62,941 nucleotides of DNA. Origin: a virus. Taxonomy: Duplodnaviria > Caudoviricetes. Under the pieces are notes generated by a model, which searched no databases, was not told the origin of the DNA, and saw nothing but the letters and a program-made list of their open reading frames with translations. The position numbers and the translations under genes were made by a program. Position 1 is the stretch's first letter; each line of letters begins with the position of its first letter. The stretch spans positions 1 to 62,941 of IMG/VR virus record IMGVR_UViG_3300014638_000002; one strand, 5' to 3'. This document shows, piece after piece, positions 47,833 to 57,246 of this stretch.

Positions 47833-48601
47833 CCCAAAAGGCGCGGGGGAGGCTGTTCAAAATGGCTGGCGGCAAAATGGATTGCCGCGGGGCGTATTCT
47901 ACTCGTTTTTTCAGGAAATGCAAGCCCGGGGTGCCGATCGACTGATCGAAGAGCTCCGCGCCAGGGATCTGTTCAATAGCGTCAAAAGTATAATCAAATG
48001 CCGGCAGTTCAAGTTTTTCGTGAATTTCGGTCATTAGCTTGTCCGGAAACCGAGCCAGATCGTCATAGTTAATGATCACGAGCCGGTCCCGGTGCGGCCC
48101 ATAATAGGCTTCCTGCACAGCCTGCCACGCATATCCGACAAGGCCTAACGGGTCCATTAGCTGCTTGACGCGCCGAAAAATGGTCGTATTGGGTTCGAGC
48201 CCGATGATCGTGCTCAAAGTCAGCGGATGGGCTTGCAAAAGGCGCTCGATGCTATCGACAACCGCAATCGGATCCCGCACACAGCACAGAACCCATGCAT
48301 CGGGGAACATGCTTCTCACCAACGCCATGTTCGCACACCATCTTCGGTTCGCGTCGAACACGATGTCCGCTTCAATGTCCGCATAGTAGGCGGCGAATAC
48401 AGCCCGCAAACTCCGCACGCGCTGCTCGTCCGAAATGAACCAATGCGCTTCGTTGACGCCGCTCATAGCCCGATGAAGATCGGTCACGCATTGGCCGACT
48501 GGGGATTGAATGTTCGCATAAATGTGAGGATTTTGCCTTAGAATAGCAGCAAGCAGAGTGCTACCACTCCTAGGCAAACCACTAATAAAGTGAACTCGCA
48601 T
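47804..48601 (-). CDS. PAPS-dependent sulfotransferase family protein
   Basis: 5'-PSB loop GLPRSGSTLL, 3'-PB VRDP....DS, YDDL..P. Confidence 0.85.
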   Translation of the reverse strand: MRVHFISGLPRSGSTLLAAILRQNPHIYANIQSPVGQCVTDLHRAMSGVNEAHWFISDEQRVRSLRAVFAAYYADIEADIVFDANRRWCANMALVRSMFPDAWVLCCVRDPIAVVDSIERLLQAHPLTLSTIIGLEPNTTIFRRVKQLMDPLGLVGYAWQAVQEAYYGPHRDRLVIINYDDLARFPDKLMTEIHEKLELPAFDYTFDAIEQIPGAELFDQSIGTPGLHFLKKRVEYAPRQSILPPAILNSLPRAFWVKELKTDGD

Positions 48602-48632
48602 GGGGTCCAATACGGGTCAGCGTCCAGATACA

Positions 48633-50984
48633 TTAACCCACTCCAGCGCTAATCGGCTTCGCACCGGCCCCTGGAGTGTTGCCGGCGGTATTGGCCACCG
48701 TAGGCCCTAAACCGCCCGCTGTCAAGGGCCCAGGCTGGTTACCTTGTGATGCCGCTGCTCGCGCTGCCATCGGGCCACCCGGTCGCGGAGGACCGGGCAG
48801 GGGCGGCCCGCCGGGGCCTGCAGGGGCGCCGCCAGGCGCTCCCATACCCGGTGAGGCGGCCGGCGTCCCAATATGCGTCGGCATGCCCTCAGGCATTCCG
48901 GCACGAGTAGCAAGGATACCAGCAGTGAGTTCGGTAGCGATCCGCTGTACGCCCATCTTGACACCGCTCTGCACGCCCTGCTCAACATGCTGTTGGAGCG
49001 CTTGTTGCTGCGGATTGGCCTGTTGCGCTTTCGCCTGCGCGTCCATCTGGTCCAAAACTTCATCGGGCGGAACGATTTGTTCGCCAGATAATCCCAAATT
49101 AGAACTCGTAGCACGTAGCACAACGCCACGACCTTTAATACCCATAATATGCATGTCAGTAGGATTATTAGTAGCTTGTAACCACTCGATTTGGCGTTGA
49201 CGCATCGTCTCTTTTTGGATGGCAACCTGAACACCTTGGACACTGATCTTCTCCTCGCCGGTAAGCAGACCCGTCGTGTCGGTCAGCATGATCAGGTCAG
49301 CAAGCTGGAGAAGAGCCGGCTCCATAATTTCACGATCGATGTTCGCGGAAACTGTCTGCAAGATCTTCGAAGCATTGCCCATCAACATAGCTAGGCCAGA
49401 AGCTGTCCGTCCCGCTCCACCAGCACCCGCCTGGCCACCAACGTATTTCGGGATAGCCGAAATGTCGTCCGCCATGGAGATAAACTGTTGGTACGCCGCC
49501 ACTAGCGCTTGTGTATTGCTCGTAGGCATGAAGAAATCCACCGGCGGCCGCGCGTTGTTCCCCACCGGATCGTTCCGGGTGTGCCATCGTTTCCATGGAT
49601 AGAGGTCCTCTCCGGTTTCGTCGGGACTCAGGCGATCGTCGTTAACTACGACTTGAGGTCCTGAACTAATGCTCAGGTTATTAACCAAACCCCGAACCGT
49701 GGCGTTCGATACAACTTGTAGATCTTCAAGGATGTCTGTAAGGCCGTTTCCAACCGGCGTGCCCGGCACCTTTTCAAAACTCGTGATGTAGTAAGGAGAA
49801 CGTTGCCGAGGACTGGGGGAAAGCTGACATTTAATAACGTGCGGTCCAATGCACCAGGCCTGGACATGATAATCACGCAGTTCGTCTGGCACAGCCAGAC
49901 CATAATCCTGAAGCATTCGGCCCTGAATGTTACCATTGAAGGCCATCATTGAAATCAGGCGCGATCGGTTCCACGCGGGGTTTTCCTTGTTTTCCAGAAC
50001 AGCTCGTTCGGCATCAGTAGTATCCCAATTGTCATACAGACCGCCACGTCCATATTCATCAAGAACAGCCCGTAGCTCTTGTTGATTATATCCTGGCAGA
50101 TCGAGAAGATCATTGAGTTCGGCTCGAGTGAGTTTGAGTTTTTCGATGATGTCTGCATTGGCTATATCCGATACACCTGGAGTCCACCAGATGTCAAACG
50201 GCGATACGCGCCGCCACATCAACTTGGGTTTTTGCTGGACCGTAGGCTGCCCACCCCCAGGCGGCCAGACGACTTCCGGCATGATCTTGACTTCGGGTCC
50301 ACAGACCACACCGAACGGAAATATGGGCAAATCGACCAGAAACTCAGCGAAAGCTTGATAGAAATTGCCTTCACGTAAGATATCCTCGATCTTGTCGTCT
50401 GAGTCGCGGGCCTGTTGCACGGCCTTCTTTTTGGCGGCGTCAAGCGCGCTCTCAAGTAAGGACGTGCGACGTTGCTGTTCGTCCGTCGGATCCGGCGGTT
50501 TACCCTGCTGCCGGGTAATCATCTGCCGTTCAAGCTGCAGCAGCTGATCTATGTTTTGCTGGATTTCATCCGGGATTTTGGGGGCAGACGGAGGCTTAAC
50601 GGCCCAAGGTCGAGTATCCCCGAGGTAGATGTCCCGAAGCAACGACGAAGCCGCGCGACACTTTTGGGCGATAACACGAGCGTAAACTTCACTTCCACCG
50701 AACCGTCGGATTTCTCGCAGCTGGTTTGCGTCATACTGTCCATTGAAGGTCCTCAGGCAGACCAGCAGGCGCTCCGACCAGCCGGCCGATGTGTTGCGGT
50801 GATTACGAAAAATTTCCCACTGGCCCTTAATATAGGCGGCTAATTGCTGGGGATCTTGCGCCGGCGGCTGTTGGGCCTGGACCTGCATTTTGGCGCGGTC
50901 GGCCTCTTGCTGTTGGAGAACGTCCTCCGGGATGACCTGCAAGACGCCTGATTGGCCCAAAGCCATATCACTCATTGTGGACAA
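48633..50984 (-). CDS. portal protein
   Basis: 783 aa, first gene of the late operon; RVSPFD.W..P, G.GL, NN....SGPQ; Gln/Pro-rich tail. Confidence 0.85.
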   Translation of the reverse strand: MSTMSDMALGQSGVLQVIPEDVLQQQEADRAKMQVQAQQPPAQDPQQLAAYIKGQWEIFRNHRNTSAGWSERLLVCLRTFNGQYDANQLREIRRFGGSEVYARVIAQKCRAASSLLRDIYLGDTRPWAVKPPSAPKIPDEIQQNIDQLLQLERQMITRQQGKPPDPTDEQQRRTSLLESALDAAKKKAVQQARDSDDKIEDILREGNFYQAFAEFLVDLPIFPFGVVCGPEVKIMPEVVWPPGGGQPTVQQKPKLMWRRVSPFDIWWTPGVSDIANADIIEKLKLTRAELNDLLDLPGYNQQELRAVLDEYGRGGLYDNWDTTDAERAVLENKENPAWNRSRLISMMAFNGNIQGRMLQDYGLAVPDELRDYHVQAWCIGPHVIKCQLSPSPRQRSPYYITSFEKVPGTPVGNGLTDILEDLQVVSNATVRGLVNNLSISSGPQVVVNDDRLSPDETGEDLYPWKRWHTRNDPVGNNARPPVDFFMPTSNTQALVAAYQQFISMADDISAIPKYVGGQAGAGGAGRTASGLAMLMGNASKILQTVSANIDREIMEPALLQLADLIMLTDTTGLLTGEEKISVQGVQVAIQKETMRQRQIEWLQATNNPTDMHIMGIKGRGVVLRATSSNLGLSGEQIVPPDEVLDQMDAQAKAQQANPQQQALQQHVEQGVQSGVKMGVQRIATELTAGILATRAGMPEGMPTHIGTPAASPGMGAPGGAPAGPGGPPLPGPPRPGGPMAARAAASQGNQPGPLTAGGLGPTVANTAGNTPGAGAKPISAGVG

Positions 50985-51012
50985 AACCTAGGAAAAGCCT
51001 TTGTTCCGTGTC

Positions 51013-51072
51013 AGAATAACCGGCATCCCTTTGCATTTCGTTAACGAATTGGCCACTTGACACCGCTATAAT
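51013..51072. promoter_or_regulatory. symmetric bidirectional promoter (portal / terminase)
   Basis: Central CGTTAACG with TATTCT (minus strand) and TATAAT (plus strand), each 22 nt from the TTAA. Confidence 0.7.
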
Positions 51073-51091
51073 GGCGGGTTAGGAGAACCCC

Positions 51092-51604
51092 ATGTCCGAA
51101 GACGACACCGGTTTAGCAACTCTCGCCATTGCAAAGCCAAACTTGACAGAAGACACTATGGTCAAACTGGCCAATGAGCTCGCCAAGGCACAGCGCGAGC
51201 CCGAAGATGTGCTAGAATCATTCAGTCTATCCGTCTCCCAGTTTACCACACATATCGAAAACAACCCTTTTTTCCAACAGGTCTATGCGGCCGCGGTGCA
51301 GGACTGGAACAGCGCCACATCGGCTGCTAAACGAATAAAGATCAAATCGGCAGCTTCTCTCGAGAGTAGCCTGACCACCTTGCATCAGCGCCTCAATGAC
51401 CCGCAGTCGGCGTTACCGGCGGTAGTTGACACGGCCAAGCTACTCGCTACACTGGCCGGCGTCGGTGATACGAAGCAGGCCCCCGCGGGCAGCGGAGAAC
51501 GGTTCTCAATCAACATCAATATCGGTTCGAAAAAGATCGAGAGCGCGGTCGAACCGACGATAGATCTTACTCCTCAACCGGCCTTGGAGAAACCTAATGA
51601 CTAG
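51092..51604 (+). CDS. terS: putative terminase small subunit
   Basis: AGGAG RBS; helical, G.RFSININIG tail; upstream of terL. Confidence 0.6.
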   Translation: MSEDDTGLATLAIAKPNLTEDTMVKLANELAKAQREPEDVLESFSLSVSQFTTHIENNPFFQQVYAAAVQDWNSATSAAKRIKIKSAASLESSLTTLHQRLNDPQSALPAVVDTAKLLATLAGVGDTKQAPAGSGERFSININIGSKKIESAVEPTIDLTPQPALEKPND

Positions 51605-52346
51605 CCCCCGCGTAGCGTTTTTCGACATTGAAACGGCTCCGTCTCTTGGCTACTTTTGGGGCAAACTCTATGAAACGGATATCATCGACATCAAAGAGGC
51701 ATGGTACATGCTATCCTACGCCTGGAAATGGCAGGGGGAGAAACACGTTCATTGTAATGCGCTATGTGATTATCCGGAATACGATGCCAACTTAGACAAC
51801 GACTTTTTCCTCGTCAAGGATCTCCGCAATCTGTTCGACGAAGCGGACGTCCTGATCGCGCATAATGGTGACCGATTTGATATCCGCAAGGCGCAGGCGC
51901 GCATGATCCGCTACAAGATGCAGCCGCCGTCGCGCTACCAGACGATCGATACGCTCAAGGCAGCCCGCAAACATTTCCAATTCGATAGCAGCCGGCTGGA
52001 CGCTCTCGGCCAGTATCTCGGTTTAGGTAGGAAACTACCTACAACGGGGTTTAACCTGTGGAAACGCACCATGGCCGGCGACCGCAAGGCCTGGGCTACG
52101 ATGAAGCACTATAATAGGCATGACGTCGAACTGCTGGAAAAAGTATACGAAGAATTACGGCCATGGATGACAACGCACCCCAACCTAGAGCTCTTCCATC
52201 GGCCGCATGTTGGTGTGGTTTGTCCAAATTGTCAGAGCACGCATACGAAGCGGCGCGGCACTTGGTACAACAAAACGCGCAAGTATGTACAACATAGCTG
52301 CCGCGACTGTGGTCACTGGTTCAAGGGAGAGTTAATCAAAACTTAA
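51597..52346 (+). CDS. DEDD/RNase H-like exonuclease with C-terminal Zn ribbon
   Basis: FDIET, HNGDRFD, DTL, YN..DV; CPNC...C.DC. Confidence 0.85.
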   Translation: MTSPRVAFFDIETAPSLGYFWGKLYETDIIDIKEAWYMLSYAWKWQGEKHVHCNALCDYPEYDANLDNDFFLVKDLRNLFDEADVLIAHNGDRFDIRKAQARMIRYKMQPPSRYQTIDTLKAARKHFQFDSSRLDALGQYLGLGRKLPTTGFNLWKRTMAGDRKAWATMKHYNRHDVELLEKVYEELRPWMTTHPNLELFHRPHVGVVCPNCQSTHTKRRGTWYNKTRKYVQHSCRDCGHWFKGELIKT

Positions 52347-52370
52347 GACCAACCCTTCACTTTCGGAGGC

Positions 52371-53843
52371 ATGGGTGGCTTCACATTCACAGCGCCAGAC
52401 GGCACCGTCCTCGCCAAGTTCATGGCCTCGAACGCCTATGGACGCATCATTGCAGGACCCGTTGGTTCTGGAAAAACTACTGCAAGCATTATGGAACTAC
52501 TTCGGCGTGCCATTGAACAAGAGCCCGCGGACGACGGCATCCGATATACTCGCTTCGCAGTTGTACGCCAGACTCTTAAACAGCTTAAAGACACGGTACT
52601 CAAGGAATGCGAGAGCTGGCTCTCGAGCGATGGCGGCCCTGGCATCTGGAAAGTCTCGGAAGGCACGTTCCACGTAAAATTCAACGATGTGGTGTCAGAA
52701 TGGATCTTCATTCCCCTCGAGGATGCACAGGACCAGGCCCGCTTACTTTCGATGCAGCTGACAGCCGCGTGGTTATCAGAATGTATCGAGATGAATTTGG
52801 ACGTGGTGGGGCCGATCTCCGGACGGCTGGGCAGATATCCTTCAGGACGACGTGGGGCTCCGACGTGGCACGGGATGATAGCCGACACGAATATGCCAAC
52901 GGAATTGACACCGTGGCACAAATTTATGGAAGACTTGCCACCCAACTGGCAGAAATTCATTCAACCATCTGGACTCTCGCCAAACGCGGAGAATTTGAAC
53001 TGGCTACTGCAGACAGCGGAAACCAGGAAGCTACCGATCGATCATCCGCGCCGGCTCGAGCAGGGACGGACGTACTATGACAACTTTGTCAAAATGTACG
53101 GTGAAGACCATCCATGGGTCAACCGGTATGTTAAGGCCCAGTACGGCGACGACCCATCGGGAATGGCAGTTTTCAAAGCGTCTTTTCGGCCGAGTTTTCA
53201 CATTGTACCTGAGACGCAACTCGTACCCGGTTACCCGCTCCTCATTGGTCAGGATTTCGGTCGAAATCCCTGGTCAATTATCTGCCAACCAGATCATATG
53301 GGCAGGCTCGTTGTACATGAGGAAGTTCCCGCGACAAATATCGGACTAGAAAAGCATGTCCTCCAAAATCTCAAGCCGCGCCTCCTCTCCAATCGGTACA
53401 TCCAGTTTAAAGTGGCTGTCGTGGGCGATCCGGCCGGAATTACGAAAGACTCGCATTCAGAGGAAACATCTTTCGAGCTCATTAAGCGCCTTGGCCTCCC
53501 AGCTTTCCCAGCCCCAACGAACGAGATCGATGCAAGGCTACGATCTGTGGAGGCTTTGCTTGGTCGTCAAACAAACGGTGGACCAACGCTTCTTATCAAC
53601 GGAGAACGGTGCCCTATGTTATGTCGCGCTATGTCGGGAGGCTACCGCTTTGCAAAGGCGAAGCAGGGCGGGCTCAAGCCGAAGCCGGAAAAGCTCGACG
53701 AAGAGGGTTACTCGCACGTAGCTGATTGCCTGCAGTATGTCGCCCTGGTTGTTCATGGCAACATGATCAACTACATATTCCAACGGATCTATGAGAAGAA
53801 GCGGCCGGCAGCGCAACCGCCATCGTCATTGGGATGGACGTAA
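52371..53843 (+). CDS. terL: terminase large subunit
   Basis: GPVGSGKT, WLSE, DTN.P, QDFG..P, GDPAG, SH.AD.LQY. Confidence 0.9.
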   Translation: MGGFTFTAPDGTVLAKFMASNAYGRIIAGPVGSGKTTASIMELLRRAIEQEPADDGIRYTRFAVVRQTLKQLKDTVLKECESWLSSDGGPGIWKVSEGTFHVKFNDVVSEWIFIPLEDAQDQARLLSMQLTAAWLSECIEMNLDVVGPISGRLGRYPSGRRGAPTWHGMIADTNMPTELTPWHKFMEDLPPNWQKFIQPSGLSPNAENLNWLLQTAETRKLPIDHPRRLEQGRTYYDNFVKMYGEDHPWVNRYVKAQYGDDPSGMAVFKASFRPSFHIVPETQLVPGYPLLIGQDFGRNPWSIICQPDHMGRLVVHEEVPATNIGLEKHVLQNLKPRLLSNRYIQFKVAVVGDPAGITKDSHSEETSFELIKRLGLPAFPAPTNEIDARLRSVEALLGRQTNGGPTLLINGERCPMLCRAMSGGYRFAKAKQGGLKPKPEKLDEEGYSHVADCLQYVALVVHGNMINYIFQRIYEKKRPAAQPPSSLGWT

Positions 53844-54122
53844 ATCATCATGTGATAAATCAGGATCGCGTTTCTTCTGTTGCGCGCGCAATTGATGAAC
53901 CCGGGCAGTGTAATAAGCAATTTTACGTTCACGTCTAGTGTGCAACCAATTTTGCACCGTGTGGCTTTCCCAAATCTGAATTGAATACCATGTAAACGCG
54001 ACAACTGCCGCAACGGCCGGGAGCCAGCCCATAAACGTCCCAACGATGGCGCCAAGGGAAACGATATTGCCGGCCCAAGCTAACGGATTGAAATTATCCA
54101 TTCCCATTTCTCGAACTGACAT
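53826..54122 (-). CDS. small membrane protein
   Basis: One or two TMs then a basic tail; preceded by the motif promoter at 54204-54235. Confidence 0.6.
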   Translation of the reverse strand: MSVREMGMDNFNPLAWAGNIVSLGAIVGTFMGWLPAVAAVVAFTWYSIQIWESHTVQNWLHTRRERKIAYYTARVHQLRAQQKKRDPDLSHDDLRPSQ

Positions 54123-54224
54123 AATTGGCGCCCATAGCCAAATACGAGCCCGCCCCCCTACCTCCAGCCCCGTCTCGTTTTCGGGGGCCAGCTCAACCGC
54201 ACAACGATGGCATAAATAGGTTAA

Positions 54225-54590
54225 TTAGTGCTTGGTGTCCTCGTCCTCCGGACATTGCATGAAGAGGGTCACATCATGGGCCAAGGAATGGCGATGTGTT
54301 TCCGCAAAACTGGTGATTTTTGTCAGGGCTTCCAGCAGCATTTCAGCTGACAAAGTGCCCTTCGTGAAAGAGGCATTAATGCCGGTGGTGCTCTCGAGCC
54401 GTCCCAACATTTCGCACAGCTGCACGGCTGTCTTGGCGGTCTTGAAAAATGCCTCGCGTGTTACCCGGCGATCGTAGGCATCGAGAAGAACAAGGAGCGC
54501 GGCAGTGCGGAGATCAGGGCCGCTCTCGGCCGACGGAGGAACGGCTAACATGCCGACTAGAAGCTCTTCGTTAAGCAGGGTGCTCGACAT
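54225..54590 (-). CDS. hypothetical protein
   Basis: Helical ORF overlapping the endonuclease 3' end. Confidence 0.55.
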   Translation of the reverse strand: MSSTLLNEELLVGMLAVPPSAESGPDLRTAALLVLLDAYDRRVTREAFFKTAKTAVQLCEMLGRLESTTGINASFTKGTLSAEMLLEALTKITSFAETHRHSLAHDVTLFMQCPEDEDTKH

Positions 54591-55008
54591 ATGCTTTGAT
54601 CCTGTCTTCGCCAACCTGCGCCATATTCCCTAACATAGAATTACAACGATAGCAAATCCAGCCGCGAAAGCGACCGGTATCATGGTCGTGATCGGCGTGT
54701 AAGGATTTACTCTTAGGCAACTTACCACATAATTCGCAACGTTTATCGTCGGGATACGGATGAATGGTCAAAGGATCTATAGGCGCATGGCCGCGTTTCA
54801 AGGCCCGGGAATAAGAACAACTAAGAACGTAACGTATTTTACCAACCACAGACAAACGACGAGCCCGGGTTTCATTAGCGGCGCAAACAATACATGAACC
54901 ATTCGCGGTATTTCGTTTTGCAATATGCCCGCGCTTACAAGATTCTCCTGTAAAAAACCGCGTTTGTCCTAATCGTTTTGCTGTGGCTTTGGCTTCACTG
55001 ATTTTCAT
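54571..55008 (-). CDS. endonuclease VII-family homing endonuclease
   Basis: FFTG..C.RGH...R....G.C..C N-terminal module; CELC..LHADHDH.TG.FRGW.C..CN..LG. Confidence 0.85.
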   Translation of the reverse strand: MKISEAKATAKRLGQTRFFTGESCKRGHIAKRNTANGSCIVCAANETRARRLSVVGKIRYVLSCSYSRALKRGHAPIDPLTIHPYPDDKRCELCGKLPKSKSLHADHDHDTGRFRGWICYRCNSMLGNMAQVGEDRIKAYVEHPA

Positions 55009-55579
55009 GTAAATCAGTTTGCGCCACCGCTCTAATTTTGTCAAGGGCTATATCGCGATCAGCTTTTTCCATGTAGTAGCCATGGCCCCACAACGTCTTA
55101 ATCGTCTCATGCCCGGTAACCCAATATGGTCGTAACCTCTTGCGAAGATTACAAATTACGACGTCAACCATTTTCGGGTCCGTACACTCAGGGTTGTCGG
55201 GTTGATTTCTACGTATCGCACGTTGTGACTCAATAACGTGATGCAACGTGTCTTTGTCCGCTTCCTCTCTCTTCAAGAGCACGAGCATGAAACTGGCTTG
55301 AAGTTTAGTCACTGCAAACGCTCGCATGCAGGCTGTCAATAGATGGTCGTCTTGCTCCTTGGCCAGCTGCGACGGCAAGTGATCCGCACGGCGCGCGGTC
55401 GGCGGCCAGTCGTCCCGCGGCATTTCAGTGACCTTGCCGCAGTCAATAGCAGCTTGGATCGTCTCACGGATGACATCTGACGGTGCGTCGAGGCCGCGGG
55501 CAAGAACTGCTACCGGTATACCCTCGTTGGCAAAACGGGCGATCGAAGCGGCAATATCAAAGGGTTGATGCTCACTCAT
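54995..55579 (-). CDS. receiver-less OmpR/CtrA-like winged-helix transcription factor
   Basis: PKMVDVVICNLRKRL....IKTLWGHGY resembles CtrA KIIDVFICKLRKKL...IETVWGRGY; the N-terminus is not a receiver domain. Confidence 0.8.
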   Translation of the reverse strand: MSEHQPFDIAASIARFANEGIPVAVLARGLDAPSDVIRETIQAAIDCGKVTEMPRDDWPPTARRADHLPSQLAKEQDDHLLTACMRAFAVTKLQASFMLVLLKREEADKDTLHHVIESQRAIRRNQPDNPECTDPKMVDVVICNLRKRLRPYWVTGHETIKTLWGHGYYMEKADRDIALDKIRAVAQTDLHENQ

Positions 55580-55586
55580 AATGACC

Positions 55587-55618
55587 AGAATATTACCGGG
55601 AGGTTAACAAATAGTAAA
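55587..55618 (-). promoter_or_regulatory. CtrA-box-like promoter of the wHTH gene
   Basis: TTTA-ctatttg-TTAAC-N10-TATTCT, with an extra TTAAC just upstream. Confidence 0.65.
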
Positions 55619-55720
55619 GAGGTTAAGGAGCCCGGGGAACAACACCCCCATTAGGCGATTTGAGGCAATCTCACGCCCTGCCGCTCGACCCGGGCCCATA
55701 TCCATTACCTCACAAGTTGG

Positions 55721-56797
55721 TTAAGAAAAGTTTTGCTGCACCGTGAAATTCATCGATTTGGGATAAATCGTAAGCGTGTTCGTGCATGCAGTGGGATTGG
55801 CACCGCCCGACATCGCAGTTGTAGTACGGAGCGGCTTGACCGCAAACGATCGCCCTTTGGAACTGACTTGTGACACAGCACCCAGCGTAGCGTTCGGGTT
55901 AACTTTGAAATTATTCGCCCGGCGCCAGCTTCTTACCGTGAAATTCCAGCTACAGAAGCCGGGAGGCGGCGGCGACGGCGCTATGGCCCATTGGAACGTG
56001 TCGACGTAGCCTGGCTCGGTCGTGCCCATGTCGATCATGTTTTGAATCTCTTGCTGCGCTTCGGCCTGGGTAGATGGCCCCGGAGAAAAGTCGATGCCCC
56101 ATACCGCCTTGTATTGCGTGTAAAATGAGCCGTCGCCAAAAAACATGTCGCACAATCCATAGCCGCCACCTTGTGCGCCATAATTTGACACTTGCGCCGG
56201 CGACGTTGGGTCAACGCTCGGCGGCAAAAATCCCGATTGATCCAAAAAGGATTGAGTGCCAATATTTCCGGTAGCGATAATACGTGGACCTGGGAAACTT
56301 TGTCCCACTCCGGTTAGATACAAATACCAAATATACTGCGGCGGCGTTGGTGGCAGGCCAGTTCCATGTGCCAATGTGTCAATGAGGATCTGAAACGATG
56401 TCGGATTGTTCAGTGCTGTGGCAATATTGTCGATCTCGAGAAACAAAATGCCGCCGGCTTGGTTTTCAGCGGATGGCAGAAACAGTGGGACCGGTTGTTC
56501 CCAGGCATAGAATCGGTTCATCATGTCAGCGCTGAACGGGCTCGTGATTTTTGGCGCAGTGGATGGCGGGATCTTCCAGGCCTGGAATGAAGCCAGGGAA
56601 CCAGGCGTACCGATCCCCACGATCGATCCACCACCGATCGGATTAGGCGCGAAAAAATTGAAGGGCTCACCGTTATACGAATAGTTCCCCGGCGGGCATG
56701 GACCACCATGAGCTTCAATAGTGATGATGCGCGGCTTACCGGGAAAGCTGATCCCTTTAATCGAAGATGGGAACCCAAAGAAATATGGTTTGGTCAT
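55721..56797 (-). CDS. hypothetical protein, possibly structural
   Basis: 358 aa, Gly/Pro/Thr/aromatic-rich, ATGA-coupled. Confidence 0.6.
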   Translation of the reverse strand: MTKPYFFGFPSSIKGISFPGKPRIITIEAHGGPCPPGNYSYNGEPFNFFAPNPIGGGSIVGIGTPGSLASFQAWKIPPSTAPKITSPFSADMMNRFYAWEQPVPLFLPSAENQAGGILFLEIDNIATALNNPTSFQILIDTLAHGTGLPPTPPQYIWYLYLTGVGQSFPGPRIIATGNIGTQSFLDQSGFLPPSVDPTSPAQVSNYGAQGGGYGLCDMFFGDGSFYTQYKAVWGIDFSPGPSTQAEAQQEIQNMIDMGTTEPGYVDTFQWAIAPSPPPPGFCSWNFTVRSWRRANNFKVNPNATLGAVSQVSSKGRSFAVKPLRTTTAMSGGANPTACTNTLTIYPKSMNFTVQQNFS

Positions 56798-57120
56798 TCA
56801 TCGAGGACCACTTCATTGGGCCAGTCGCGAAAGGCGTCGTCGGCTTCATCGTCTTCACGGCCAAATTGATACCAAATAACCTTGCGACGGGTCTGGTCAT
56901 ACGCCACAATCAAACAGGCTGAAGGATCGATCAATCCCCGACGAATATCCTGCCGGGCCTTCCATAGGACCTCGTCCACCGAATGAAAATCAACCGGTAC
57001 GAAAGTGGCGCGACCTTCTCGTGGCGGCGGCGGTACGTGTTTGCGTGGAAACGCAATAACTTCGTGTCCGGTAGCCGGCGGTTTATCTACTCTGGTTCGG
57101 TTACCAAAAAGCCACCCCAT
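56794..57120 (-). CDS. hypothetical protein
   Basis: AGGTG RBS; coupled to the downstream gene. Confidence 0.55.
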   Translation of the reverse strand: MGWLFGNRTRVDKPPATGHEVIAFPRKHVPPPPREGRATFVPVDFHSVDEVLWKARQDIRRGLIDPSACLIVAYDQTRRKVIWYQFGREDDEADDAFRDWPNEVVLDE

Positions 57121-57246
57121 GCATCACCTGTTGGGCGGGGCCGGTCGTGCCGCTTCGAGCTGCTCAAACCGGCCGGCCCCCCGTTTTGCGAGGGAGTCCT
57201 CGCGCTACCCACTCCAACCTGCTACGAGCCAGAGTGGTGACCAATC

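Noticed and set aside
51057-51072. TTGACA and TATAAT as a consensus sigma70 promoter
   Set aside because: Only 4 nt apart; the TATAAT instead fits the CtrA-box spacing
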